Shown piece by piece: positions 30,551 to 39,842 of a stretch of DNA of 64,000 nt. The notes under the pieces were generated by a model, which made no database searches, was not told where the DNA came from, and saw only the letters and a program-made list of their open reading frames with translations. The position numbers and the translations under genes are program-made. The first letter of the stretch is position 1. Each line of letters opens with the position of its first letter. The stretch comes from an uncultured archaeon (lineage in GTDB: Archaea; Asgardarchaeota; Hermodarchaeia; Hermodarchaeales; Hermodarchaeaceae), in the NCBI GenBank assembly GCA_964347045.1, contig CAYFXC010000005.1, positions 59,227-123,226 of the forward strand. The letters are read 5' to 3'.

Positions 30551-31084
30551 TTACCGCGCTTTAATACCTATGTTAAACACAATTTCCCCAAACATTTCTT
30601 GTTTGGCTTGGCAAATTGGGCACTTAAGGGGTGCTTCTTCCCGGAACGCAACGTAGCCACAAATTTTGCAGTAATAGAGTTTACGGTTGGTATCCGATGT
30701 TTCAGCAGTTTCTGAACTGGTCGATATGGATTTCGTAGTTTTTCCCATGGCTTGATCAACTTTAGCCTGGGGACGTCTTTCAGGAATTGGTTCCATGGGT
30801 TTGATTCCATCAAAGACATCTTTGTTGACATACAGGGCACAATAACATTGCCCAAACTCCTCAATATCTGCGTCACGATAATCACAAGGACAGATAATAT
30901 CTCGGTCCCATTCAAAATTCCCTGAAGCTAGTCGGCAGGGGCAAGCCCCGTATCCATACCTTTCTTCGTTTTCCTTTAGTCCTTCAAAGAGGTTTTGGAG
31001 AAACTCGGGGTCAGGAGTTAAGAAATAGCCATGTGACTTCGCATTGGCTTCACAACGACGTTTTATATTTTCAATACTGGTCAT
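30551..31084 (-). CDS. Ferredoxin:thioredoxin reductase catalytic-like protein with C-terminal rubredoxin-like domain
   Basis: CPC, CPC and CYC motifs, then CKIC...CPIC. Confidence 0.9.
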   Translation of the reverse strand: MTSIENIKRRCEANAKSHGYFLTPDPEFLQNLFEGLKENEERYGYGACPCRLASGNFEWDRDIICPCDYRDADIEEFGQCYCALYVNKDVFDGIKPMEPIPERRPQAKVDQAMGKTTKSISTSSETAETSDTNRKLYYCKICGYVAFREEAPLKCPICQAKQEMFGEIVFNIGIKAR

Positions 31085-31365
31085 AATCCCAACGCCTTAG
31101 TCAGTTCGTCCTTCTTGAAGCCTGTGATTATCGTCTTATCATCAATGATTATGGTTGGAAAGGCAATACGGCCTCCCCGGTTTCTAATGTCCTGGTTGAC
31201 AATTTCCTTATCAGCATGATCTTGTTTGTCGACATCGATATATTCGTATTCTACGCTATTGTCTCTAAGAAAGGCTTTGGTCATTTTACACCAGCCGCAC
31301 GTGCTCAAAGCATAGAGGAGGACTTGGTGATCTTTTCGGTCACCTTGTACTTTCTTCCGTTCCAT
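31081..31365 (-). CDS. Glutaredoxin/NrdH-like protein
   Basis: LSTCGWC, FPTIII and GF. Its stop overlaps the next start (ATGA). Confidence 0.92.
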   Translation of the reverse strand: MERKKVQGDRKDHQVLLYALSTCGWCKMTKAFLRDNSVEYEYIDVDKQDHADKEIVNQDIRNRGGRIAFPTIIIDDKTIITGFKKDELTKALGL

Positions 31366-31528
31366 GATTATCGTCCCTCGGCACCTCCTCGTGCTTTGAC
31401 TTTAAAAGAGTTATCAACTTACGTGATATTGTTAGATCCATTTCTTACCGTTGTAACCTCGATATATTGAAAACATAGGCTCGCAATAGATAAGATGTTT
31501 GAACCTATTCTACTGAGGTGTATTCTAA

Positions 31529-32914
31529 ATGAAGTTTGAGCTCATCAGTTCACCAGGAATTGCACATAAAAGTTATTTCATGGCAGATAAGGGCGAAGCT
31601 TTTGTTGTTGATCCACGACGCGATGCCAATATATATCTTGAATTGGCAAAAGACGCCTGTGCGGATATCATCTATATATTTGAAACCCATCGCAATGAAG
31701 ATTTCGTTGTTGGTTCGCTAGAATTACAGAACCTATGCGGGGCTGAAATCGTTCACAGCCGCGAAACACCATTCAAATATGGCGAGCATGGCGTGAAAGA
31801 TGGAGATAAATTCAAAGTCAGCCGATTTCATATAGAAACGCTTCATTCTCCAGGGCACACAGACGATTCCATCTGTTTTTCCGTTACTGATCCAGCCAAT
31901 AGTAGGAAACCTTTCATGGTTTTCACTGGTGATACTTTATTCGTAGGGGATATTGGACGTACTGATCTCCCAGGGCTCGATATCTGGGAGAAAATGACCG
32001 AAAAACTATATCACAGTTTACATGACGCGCTCCTTCCTCTCGGAGATGAAGTCGTTATCTATCCAGGACATGGAGCCGGATCTATATGTGGTCACGCGAT
32101 TAGTGATCGGAATTTTAGCACAATTGGTTACGAACGACTTCACAATCAGATTTTCCAACTTGATAAAGAGGCATTCAAAAAACACGTAATGAGTATCAAA
32201 CTTCGACGACCACCATATTTTCAACAGATGGAAGTATACAATTTGGAAGGTCCTCCTCTCCTTCGGGATGCACCTGTTCCCCGTGTTTTGACAGTTGCTG
32301 AATTTGAAAAAGCCATGGAGAATTCCAACACGATTGTTGTGGATACACGCAATCCTGATGCTTATGCAGCTTCTCATTTGCCTGGCTCGTTTAGTATTTG
32401 GCTCAACGGGTTGTCTTTCTATCCTGGATGGGTTCTAAAACATGATCAAGAGATTCTTTTGGTGCTTGAACGACCTGAAGACATCAATAAAGCAAAATCC
32501 TTTCTTTGGCGGCTTGGATATGATAACATTAAGGGGTATCTATGTCCGGGCATAGATGCTTGGCGTAATAAAGGAAAACCAACAGATCAAATTGGAGCTA
32601 TCACCGCAACTCAACTTAAAGACAAACTCGAAAAGGATGAACTCTTACTAATTGATGTCCGTGAAACCTATGAGTGTGAAGCCGGATTTGTGGATGGGTC
32701 AAAATACATCTATGTGGGAGAATTAGCAAAACATGTTGATTCACTTCCAACAGATAAACCATTGGCCGTAACCTGTGGTTGGGGTGGAAGAGGCAGTCTT
32801 GCCTCCAGTATTCTACGAAGACACGGTTTCAGAGATGTAACTAATGTTTTGGGAGGGCTCAATGCTTGGCAGGCCCTCGATTATCCTTTGATTAAGGATC
32901 TATGCATCGATTGA
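31529..32914 (+). CDS. MBL-fold hydrolase fused to two rhodanese domains
   Basis: ETHRNED, PGHT, FTGDTLF, PGHGAGS.C, VDTR, IDVR and CGWGGR active loop. Confidence 0.92.
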   Translation: MKFELISSPGIAHKSYFMADKGEAFVVDPRRDANIYLELAKDACADIIYIFETHRNEDFVVGSLELQNLCGAEIVHSRETPFKYGEHGVKDGDKFKVSRFHIETLHSPGHTDDSICFSVTDPANSRKPFMVFTGDTLFVGDIGRTDLPGLDIWEKMTEKLYHSLHDALLPLGDEVVIYPGHGAGSICGHAISDRNFSTIGYERLHNQIFQLDKEAFKKHVMSIKLRRPPYFQQMEVYNLEGPPLLRDAPVPRVLTVAEFEKAMENSNTIVVDTRNPDAYAASHLPGSFSIWLNGLSFYPGWVLKHDQEILLVLERPEDINKAKSFLWRLGYDNIKGYLCPGIDAWRNKGKPTDQIGAITATQLKDKLEKDELLLIDVRETYECEAGFVDGSKYIYVGELAKHVDSLPTDKPLAVTCGWGGRGSLASSILRRHGFRDVTNVLGGLNAWQALDYPLIKDLCID

Positions 32915-32987
32915 TCACGATTTATGTAGTACATGCAGATGTTCCTACGAATATTTCCCAGCTTGGCTGCAGTATTTCAAATATTTG

Positions 32988-34664
32988 CTAGGGAATGAAA
33001 TAACCCCAAAAGAACGCAAGACTCGCCACCACAAGAGTCACTAAGAGTATAACAGGTAATGCTTTGCGCATGACTTGCCCCTCTATCTCCTTTGCATCAA
33101 TAACCGCTGCGGCGTTTTGTAATTTTGCTGGCGAAAGAACACTGGCTAATCCGCCACCTATTCCCGAGCTGGCACCCACGATGAGAGGTTGGGCACCTAT
33201 CTGCAAGGAGGTGAGCTGGTGGTAGGGTTGGAACATGACAATGGTGGAAGTTTCACTACCACTAACAAAACCTCCCAGAAGTCCAAGAAATGCGGCTGTT
33301 AAAGGATAGAGGGGACCGAAAGTAGTGGCCGTGACAACAGAGAGTACAAAAATCATGTTCCATTCGGGGAATCGGGTCCAAGATCCTGCGACGATTACGC
33401 TTCCTGAATATATCATTATGTAGGCTAGAGCGAAGAAGATGGCGGCAGAAACAAACGGTCGCCAGGCACGGGACATCCAAGTACTTATGGTTTCAAGTAG
33501 TACCATTTTGAAATTAGAAACTTGTTTCTTAGCACGAGCCAGGTATGCATCAATTATGATTGCTAGTAGAGTTGAAATGAGCACCCAAAAATACGCGTTC
33601 CAGAGAAATCGCGTGTTGATTGTAATAATTCCGATGATGATGGGAAAGGTCAAGACATTGAATAATTGATTATAAATTGGGGGGACGAGATTCACGAGAA
33701 AGCAGAAAAAAATTAGGATCAGCCATGGTGACACCGCTTGGAGAAGTCCCATCCCTTCGATTATTGCTTGATCTTTCTCTGTGAGAATGCTTTTATTTAC
33801 AAGAGGTAACCCTCGAAGCTTGGAATAGGCTAGCATTGCAGATATTACGGCGAGTCCCGCAAAGACATTTGTAAGTGTAGTCAAGCCCACCCAGATGAGA
33901 TTACAGAAATAGCACACCATCCCCGCAATAATACCAGTAAGAAAGGCTAAGCTCAGGGCTTCTCGATTAAATAATAATCTTCGCCCCCCGGCTAACCAAA
34001 GCATGGCCAAAGCAATACCTGTGGCTACTATAGGCATATACAACGAGAATATGTGACCAGAAATAAACAATGGCTCAACACCAGGATATCGTGAGCTCCA
34101 ATAGTCTGCAGGGACGACATCAGAAAAAACCAAAACAGGAATACCAAGAAGGGCATAGGTGGTGAGGGGGTCGTATCCAATTGAGGGGAGCATTACAGCA
34201 ATTAATGGAGAGAAGCCCATGGCGAGCATTACGGGTGGAAGCATACTAACGGGCGTTGCTCCTAAACCCACGAGGAATAAACCAAGTCCAATGTTAATGA
34301 GCATAATTTGAATTGCTTTGTTACCTGATCCCAGGGTTTTGAAAAAGACGGTTATTCGTGCTAATGCACCAGTTCTAACCATGTAGGTAATCATGAGGAT
34401 AGATGTTATTACCATTAAGGAGATAGGAAAAGATGCAAGAATTCCGGCAAAACTAGCAGCAAGTGCAAGAATGGGATTGGTGCCAAAGCACAAGATTGCA
34501 ATCGAAAATCCCAATAAAAACGCTACGACACCAACTTTATCTGCAGACCATCGTCGGAATAAGAGAAGGTATAAGGCAACGATAATTGGGAGAAGGATAA
34601 GAAGCGTTCCTAGTAAGGGATTAGCTGCAACGAAGAGTGTAAGTGGTAAAGCCATGATAATCAT
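32988..34664 (-). CDS. lctP: L-lactate permease family transporter
   Basis: Many TMs, GFVSGSETS and SVLSPAKLQNA motifs. Confidence 0.8.
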   Translation of the reverse strand: MIIMALPLTLFVAANPLLGTLLILLPIIVALYLLLFRRWSADKVGVVAFLLGFSIAILCFGTNPILALAASFAGILASFPISLMVITSILMITYMVRTGALARITVFFKTLGSGNKAIQIMLINIGLGLFLVGLGATPVSMLPPVMLAMGFSPLIAVMLPSIGYDPLTTYALLGIPVLVFSDVVPADYWSSRYPGVEPLFISGHIFSLYMPIVATGIALAMLWLAGGRRLLFNREALSLAFLTGIIAGMVCYFCNLIWVGLTTLTNVFAGLAVISAMLAYSKLRGLPLVNKSILTEKDQAIIEGMGLLQAVSPWLILIFFCFLVNLVPPIYNQLFNVLTFPIIIGIITINTRFLWNAYFWVLISTLLAIIIDAYLARAKKQVSNFKMVLLETISTWMSRAWRPFVSAAIFFALAYIMIYSGSVIVAGSWTRFPEWNMIFVLSVVTATTFGPLYPLTAAFLGLLGGFVSGSETSTIVMFQPYHQLTSLQIGAQPLIVGASSGIGGGLASVLSPAKLQNAAAVIDAKEIEGQVMRKALPVILLVTLVVASLAFFWGYFIP

Positions 34665-34993
34665 CCTGTATTCTTCGAATGATTTCGTTCACCATCGCGA
34701 CCTTTATCCCTATATAACTACTAAAGGTTGCCAATTTTTTACCAAAAATACAGGACGCGATATAGGTATTCAAGGAAGCTCTAAGTCAATGGAACCTAAC
34801 AATTACTTTCAGGCGCCTTTGGTTGTAACAAAACACTTTTTTCGTTTCTCTAGGAGGAGGCTGTTTTAACCCCGATATTGACTCTTCTCTTTCCTTTTTT
34901 AGCAAATCCCCTCAAAGCATTTACTTTCCACAAAGAACAAAAGGAAACGCCACACATTCCTCTATCACGCTCTAATCTTGGAGGTTTTGTATC

Positions 34994-36304
34994 TTGACTG
35001 AGAAGTTCGATATTATCGTAGTTGGTGCAGGAATCCTTGGTGTCGCTTCTGCATATTACATTCAGAAAAATAATCCAGATGCAACAATACTCCTCGTAGA
35101 TAGCCAACCCGACGTAGGACAAGCGAATACCGCAATGAGTGCTGCCGCGATTCGTAACATGTTTTCCTCATCGACGAATCAATTGCTCACTGATACCAGC
35201 ATCAGTTTCTTCCGTCACATCCAAGAAGATCTCAACTTCGATCTGGCACTTCATTTCTGTGGGTATTTGTGGCTGCTGAGTAATGGGCAATTCAAGGAAT
35301 CTACCGTCCAATCTTGGATAAAACGGATGGAAGCTAATAACATCGCGAACAAAGTTATCGAAAAGCCAGAACTTAAAAAACTCCTTCCCGATTTGGTTAC
35401 AGAGTTCACTGATGATGAAGAAGCTGTCCTAATGAACTTGAACCCCGTTGATTATGCACTTTTTGGAGCCGAGTGCGGTGTGCTAGATCCAAGCCTCCTC
35501 GTGCAATTCTATAAAGAAGAATTTCTTAAGCTTTCCAAGATTAAACCCCGATTCAATCTCACCGTTGAAAGGTTACTCTTAGAAGCTCAACCGCCACTTG
35601 GGCTTCCCGGTGAACCCTATGTTTGGCAGGATAAATTAATCACTGGCATTCGAACCTCCCAAGGAGTTTTACACGCTGACAAGGTTGTTCTTGCAGTGGG
35701 ACCTTGGACTAATGCATTGCTTGATCCTGTTGGCATTCCTAGTTACGTAAAAGCGAAGAAACGCCAACTCTTCATTGTTGCTGCCAGTGATAATGCTCCT
35801 CTTGAAAAACTACTCTTTACCAAAGGTTTTAGTGACGCAGGGTTCATTCCGTTCACAATTCTCCCTTCCGGTGGATGTTACTTTCGAGGTGTTCCCGAAG
35901 AGAAATCCTTCTGGATTGGCTGTGCTGATAGGGTCGGTCGAGCCTACACATATAATATGCAAGACGAGGACTATAATGCTGAACGTGCCTATTATGAACA
36001 AAGCATTTATCCTGTCCTCAGCAAATATTTTCCTGCTTTTGCTAACCTGCGGCCCACTAATATGTGGGCTGGAGCGTATTCCTATTCGGTCGATGCAATT
36101 CCTTTAGTCTACGAGCACTGTGGAGTCATTGTTGTGACTGGGGCTAGTGGGTCGGGTATCATGAAAGCGGATGCCATCGCTCGAATGGCAGATGCTCTTT
36201 ATCGGGGCGAAAAAGATGCCGAATTGTATGGAGGGCGTACAATACCTGCTGCTTCGCTAGGTCTTACACATCGTAAAGTTGAAAGAGAAAATGTTTTGAT
36301 TTAG
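34994..36304 (+). CDS. FAD-dependent oxidoreductase (DAO/sarcosine oxidase-beta-like)
   Basis: VVGAGILG Rossmann motif, WAGAY and GASGSGIMKA. Confidence 0.9.
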   Translation: MTEKFDIIVVGAGILGVASAYYIQKNNPDATILLVDSQPDVGQANTAMSAAAIRNMFSSSTNQLLTDTSISFFRHIQEDLNFDLALHFCGYLWLLSNGQFKESTVQSWIKRMEANNIANKVIEKPELKKLLPDLVTEFTDDEEAVLMNLNPVDYALFGAECGVLDPSLLVQFYKEEFLKLSKIKPRFNLTVERLLLEAQPPLGLPGEPYVWQDKLITGIRTSQGVLHADKVVLAVGPWTNALLDPVGIPSYVKAKKRQLFIVAASDNAPLEKLLFTKGFSDAGFIPFTILPSGGCYFRGVPEEKSFWIGCADRVGRAYTYNMQDEDYNAERAYYEQSIYPVLSKYFPAFANLRPTNMWAGAYSYSVDAIPLVYEHCGVIVVTGASGSGIMKADAIARMADALYRGEKDAELYGGRTIPAASLGLTHRKVERENVLI

Positions 36305-36344
36305 CCCAACTAAGGGGAATTTTCATCATCGTGGGTGCAGTGTT

Positions 36345-36974
36345 TTGAATGAACTTATACTTGTAAGGCATGGACAACCTGAACACCATGTAAAAGGATT
36401 GACAGGTGGGTGGACCAACACGCCACTCACTGAATTGGGTCGAAACCAAGCCTATCTGACTGGTCAGAGATTAAAAGAGTTGATTACAGAATCATCAGTA
36501 ACTATGTATTCGAGTGACTTAGATCGAGCCACTGAAACTGCCCAGATAATCGGTGAAATTCTAGAGATAACTCCCAATCTTGAGAAGGCTCTTCGAGATA
36601 TAAATTGGGGAATAGTAGCAGATCTGCCTCTTGAAGACGCTCTTGAACTGGAATTAGAGAGAACGGAACCAATATTGGATTGAGTTCCCTTTCCAGGAGC
36701 AGAAAGTTGGCGAATGCTTCATCAACGAGTAGCCCCGTTCCTAGATGAAATCAATACAGAGGTGTCAGACTCCGTTCTCATCGTTAGTCATGCGAATATC
36801 ATTGAAGAGATTATCCTTTGGTGGCTAGAACTTCAACTTGAAATGCGACGTAAGATCGCTTTTGAGACTGCTCCTTGTAGCATCACAGTGCTCCGATTAA
36901 ACGATTGGAAACAAAGAACAATTGTGTTTCTAAATAATACTGCCCATCTTGATTCTGTTTCTTCGAAAATTTGA
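36345..36974 (+). pseudogene. Histidine phosphatase (PGM-like) interrupted by in-frame TGA at 36681-36683
   Basis: LVRHG and SSDLDRA motifs, then EPILD*VPFPGAESWRML...IVSH in the same frame. Confidence 0.85.
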
Positions 36975-37081
36975 CATAGCCCATCTAGATTTTGTAAAGA
37001 CTAATGAAGTTGTGCGTTACCGCAATCTTTTTAGGAATCACATCGGTTTTGACCTTCTATCCTCATTGAGGGTGACAGATT

Positions 37082-38998
37082 GTGCGTCGCCAAATCCAAG
37101 GTATCTTGTTACTCACCTTATTAGTAACCCTAACATTACTACCACCACTGCTTGGAGTTTTTCCTACGGCTCCCGCATTAGTCAATGCCAGTCCTCAAAC
37201 TCCTGGACCGAATGACCTGAATGCAACGACTCCATTAATTTCTTATGAAGAATGGACTGTTGCAAATCCATCTGGTAATTCCTCGTTGCTGAATGTCGTA
37301 GTAACACTGGTAAATGCATCAGATATTGGTGAGTGTACAAATAGTGATCTGACGGTGCATACCTTTAGTGTTCTTTTCACATCAAATTCCAGTGTGGTTT
37401 TTACAGATAATCTTGAATATAACCCATTATTTGGATGGACTGTTCAAAATTATAGTCTATTACAGTGGAACCTGAAACCAGAAACTTACAAGGTTCGTGC
37501 CTACTTTGAACGATTTACTGGAACTGAAACCTGGAATACAACCACAGCCGATTCGAAATCGTTTTTGTATAAACACAGAACAACTATTGCAGTGCCTGAC
37601 TACACCTATATTGCCGACACTTCCGACACAATAGATGTTTTCGTCGAATATATTGCCAGTTCTATCTGGGGAATCCTTACAGAAGCCAACACAACTCTTG
37701 TTTTTCAGCCTCTTGAAAATACGTCAGCAACAGAGACGTTCGTCAATGTCCTTCAATATAATGTCTCTTCGACATACTGGGAAACATACGAGCTAAATAT
37801 CTCCGTTCTCATCCCTGACCAATCATATAAGATAATCTGCTCAGCTAATTATTCTGTTGTCCCACCATTTCATGAAGGTATAAGTCCTACATCTGATTCC
37901 TTCACCTTTCGAGGACCTTATCTACGTGTTGCTCAACCTCGTATCATATATGTTGGCCGTGATGTACAGACTTTGAATATTACGGTTGACTGGGTTTGGC
38001 ACTCAATATTTGGTTTTCTTAATGATACAGAAGTTTCTCTTTCTAATTTCAGTATTTTTTTGGCAACTGGCTCCGGTGGAGCACTGATTAATGAAACTCT
38101 CAATTGGAATAGTACGGGCGAAAATTGGTATTTTTCACTTCTAAATGTGAGCTATTATGTCGAATTGGGAAACCTTTCAATCGGTCAATATTACAATGTT
38201 AGTGCCTTCTTCATTTCTCCTGAAAGGAGTGGGCGCCCTGCTGTTCAAAACGATAGTCCATTCTCTGAGCCGTTCGTAATTGACTTTGACCCTCCCAGCA
38301 TCGATGACATCAAAATAGATCCCTCTTCTCCAAAAGATTACCAGTGGGTAATCATTACTGGTGAACTCTCTGATGATGCCCTAATTGACACTGTAATCTT
38401 GAGCTATTATAATGGTTCACAGTGGATAAACATGACCATGTTGGGAACAATGGGAAGCCACGCTAACTTCACCGCATCGATTCCGCCCTTTCCAGAACGC
38501 CAAATCGTTGAATACCGAATTTACGTAAACGATACCCAAAATGCTTGGAACACTTCCTCTAATCAGTACACTGTCGCCGACACTTTACCGGTTATCTCAT
38601 TCATCACCCATCTTCCTCTAAATCCTAGCGATATCGACCCAGTTACTATCAATGCCACAATAACCGATGGAACTGGAGTTCAAACCGTGTTTCTTCAATA
38701 CACCTTTGATGGAATTTTCTGGGCTACTCTTGAAATGGTGAACCTTGGAGATGATGTCTACCAGGTAATACTTCCAAGATATCCCCAACAACTCTCGAGC
38801 AACGAATTCAAATCCGTTGTATTCTTCATACAAGCCAGTGATGTCTTTGATAATACACGTGTCTCTGCGAATCTTGCCTATCAGGTTCAAGGAACAATTC
38901 CCGGACTGGATCCTGCCACGTCACTCCTAATCCTAGCGGTAATTGGCCTTGCTGGTGTCGCTCTAATCATCCTATACAAAATCTATGAACGATATTAA
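37082..38998 (+). CDS. Secreted, C-terminally anchored beta-rich (Ig-like repeat) surface glycoprotein
   Basis: Signal peptide, many NxS/T sequons, D-x-x-P-x-I repeat starts, IPGL followed by a TM. Confidence 0.85.
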   Translation: MRRQIQGILLLTLLVTLTLLPPLLGVFPTAPALVNASPQTPGPNDLNATTPLISYEEWTVANPSGNSSLLNVVVTLVNASDIGECTNSDLTVHTFSVLFTSNSSVVFTDNLEYNPLFGWTVQNYSLLQWNLKPETYKVRAYFERFTGTETWNTTTADSKSFLYKHRTTIAVPDYTYIADTSDTIDVFVEYIASSIWGILTEANTTLVFQPLENTSATETFVNVLQYNVSSTYWETYELNISVLIPDQSYKIICSANYSVVPPFHEGISPTSDSFTFRGPYLRVAQPRIIYVGRDVQTLNITVDWVWHSIFGFLNDTEVSLSNFSIFLATGSGGALINETLNWNSTGENWYFSLLNVSYYVELGNLSIGQYYNVSAFFISPERSGRPAVQNDSPFSEPFVIDFDPPSIDDIKIDPSSPKDYQWVIITGELSDDALIDTVILSYYNGSQWINMTMLGTMGSHANFTASIPPFPERQIVEYRIYVNDTQNAWNTSSNQYTVADTLPVISFITHLPLNPSDIDPVTINATITDGTGVQTVFLQYTFDGIFWATLEMVNLGDDVYQVILPRYPQQLSSNEFKSVVFFIQASDVFDNTRVSANLAYQVQGTIPGLDPATSLLILAVIGLAGVALIILYKIYERY

Positions 38999-39112
38999 CC
39001 GTGACACACTTTTGTGAGTGTTGTCTTGGTGTATTGCTCTTTAATGTCTGTAGTTCAGTCCGTTGGCTATTACGCAAAACTAACTCTGACCTGAATCAAA
39101 GGCACAAAACCT

Positions 39113-39195
39113 TTTTAATAATCAAAACTGATTTTTTTTAAGGCAGAGACGGTGTGAAAGCAGGGGGAAGACCACTCTGTATAACGCTTCTCTGC
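39113..39195 (+). promoter_or_regulatory. TATA box plus structured 5' leader
   Basis: TTTTAATA at 39113-39120. Stem GCAGAGA (39143-39149) / TCTCTGC (39189-39195) ends just before the AAGGTGA SD. Confidence 0.45.
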
Positions 39196-39210
39196 GTAAG
39201 GTGAACGCCT

Positions 39211-39534
39211 GTGATTGTACTTGAATATCAAGATGGAACATTTGTTGAATCGAAACAGGGATCCAGCGGCATCCGCTGTGAAGTAGATAAAACCGGCAAA
39301 AAAATCCGAATGATCATGCCTCAAGGCACTAACCTCATTGAACGACGAACCGCTTTACGATTGGTTGACACCGTTGCGCGGAGTGGATATCTCCTTTCAA
39401 CCGGCGAACGAGTCGGACAGGGTTTTGAGCTTGTCATCGATGAGAAAGGCACAGCAATTCCAGATCGACTTAAACAGAGTCCACGAGTCAGTTATAGCTC
39501 AGTGACTGTCGGCAGCGTCGTCGACAAGAAGTAG
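39211..39534 (+). CDS. Putative single gelsolin-fold-like domain protein
   Basis: GGTGA SD. Four predicted strands, long helix (LIERRTALRLVDTVARSG), strand FELVIDEKG, short helix, matching gelsolin repeat topology. Confidence 0.5.
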   Translation: MIVLEYQDGTFVESKQGSSGIRCEVDKTGKKIRMIMPQGTNLIERRTALRLVDTVARSGYLLSTGERVGQGFELVIDEKGTAIPDRLKQSPRVSYSSVTVGSVVDKK

Positions 39535-39610
39535 TTATCACTCTGTGAAATGGGAAATCGTCAACCAAACACAAGAACACAAAACAGCTTAAACAATTGA
39601 GGTGACCTGT

Positions 39611-39790
39611 GTGAGCGAAGAAGAAAGTAAAGGAGAATCTTTGAGCGAGGAACTGAAACGTGAAATCAAGAAAGGTGCAAAACTCGAACATGTCCCGGAA
39701 GTGAAACAACAAGTAGGCGATTTGTCAGCAGAGAAAGCCCTCCTCGAGAAGCTCAGAGCTGAAGGAAAACTCGACGAGGAAGAGGATTAG
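39611..39790 (+). CDS. 59-aa WH2/actobindin-like protein
   Basis: GAGGTGA SD before GTG 39611. LSEELKREIKKGAKLEHV, then ALLEKLRAEGKL and DEEED. Confidence 0.6.
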   Translation: MSEEESKGESLSEELKREIKKGAKLEHVPEVKQQVGDLSAEKALLEKLRAEGKLDEEED

Positions 39791-39842
39791 CATCTCGTCT
39801 TGAGATTATACTTCTCTCCTCTTGTTTTAAATTAGGGCTAGT

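Noticed and set aside
36681-36683. Selenocysteine or genome-wide TGA reassignment explaining the in-frame stops
   Set aside because: The sites are not Cys-like catalytic positions and no SECIS was recognised. TGA ends complete genes such as trpS (25827), the C25 peptidase (19570) and RACo (55554).
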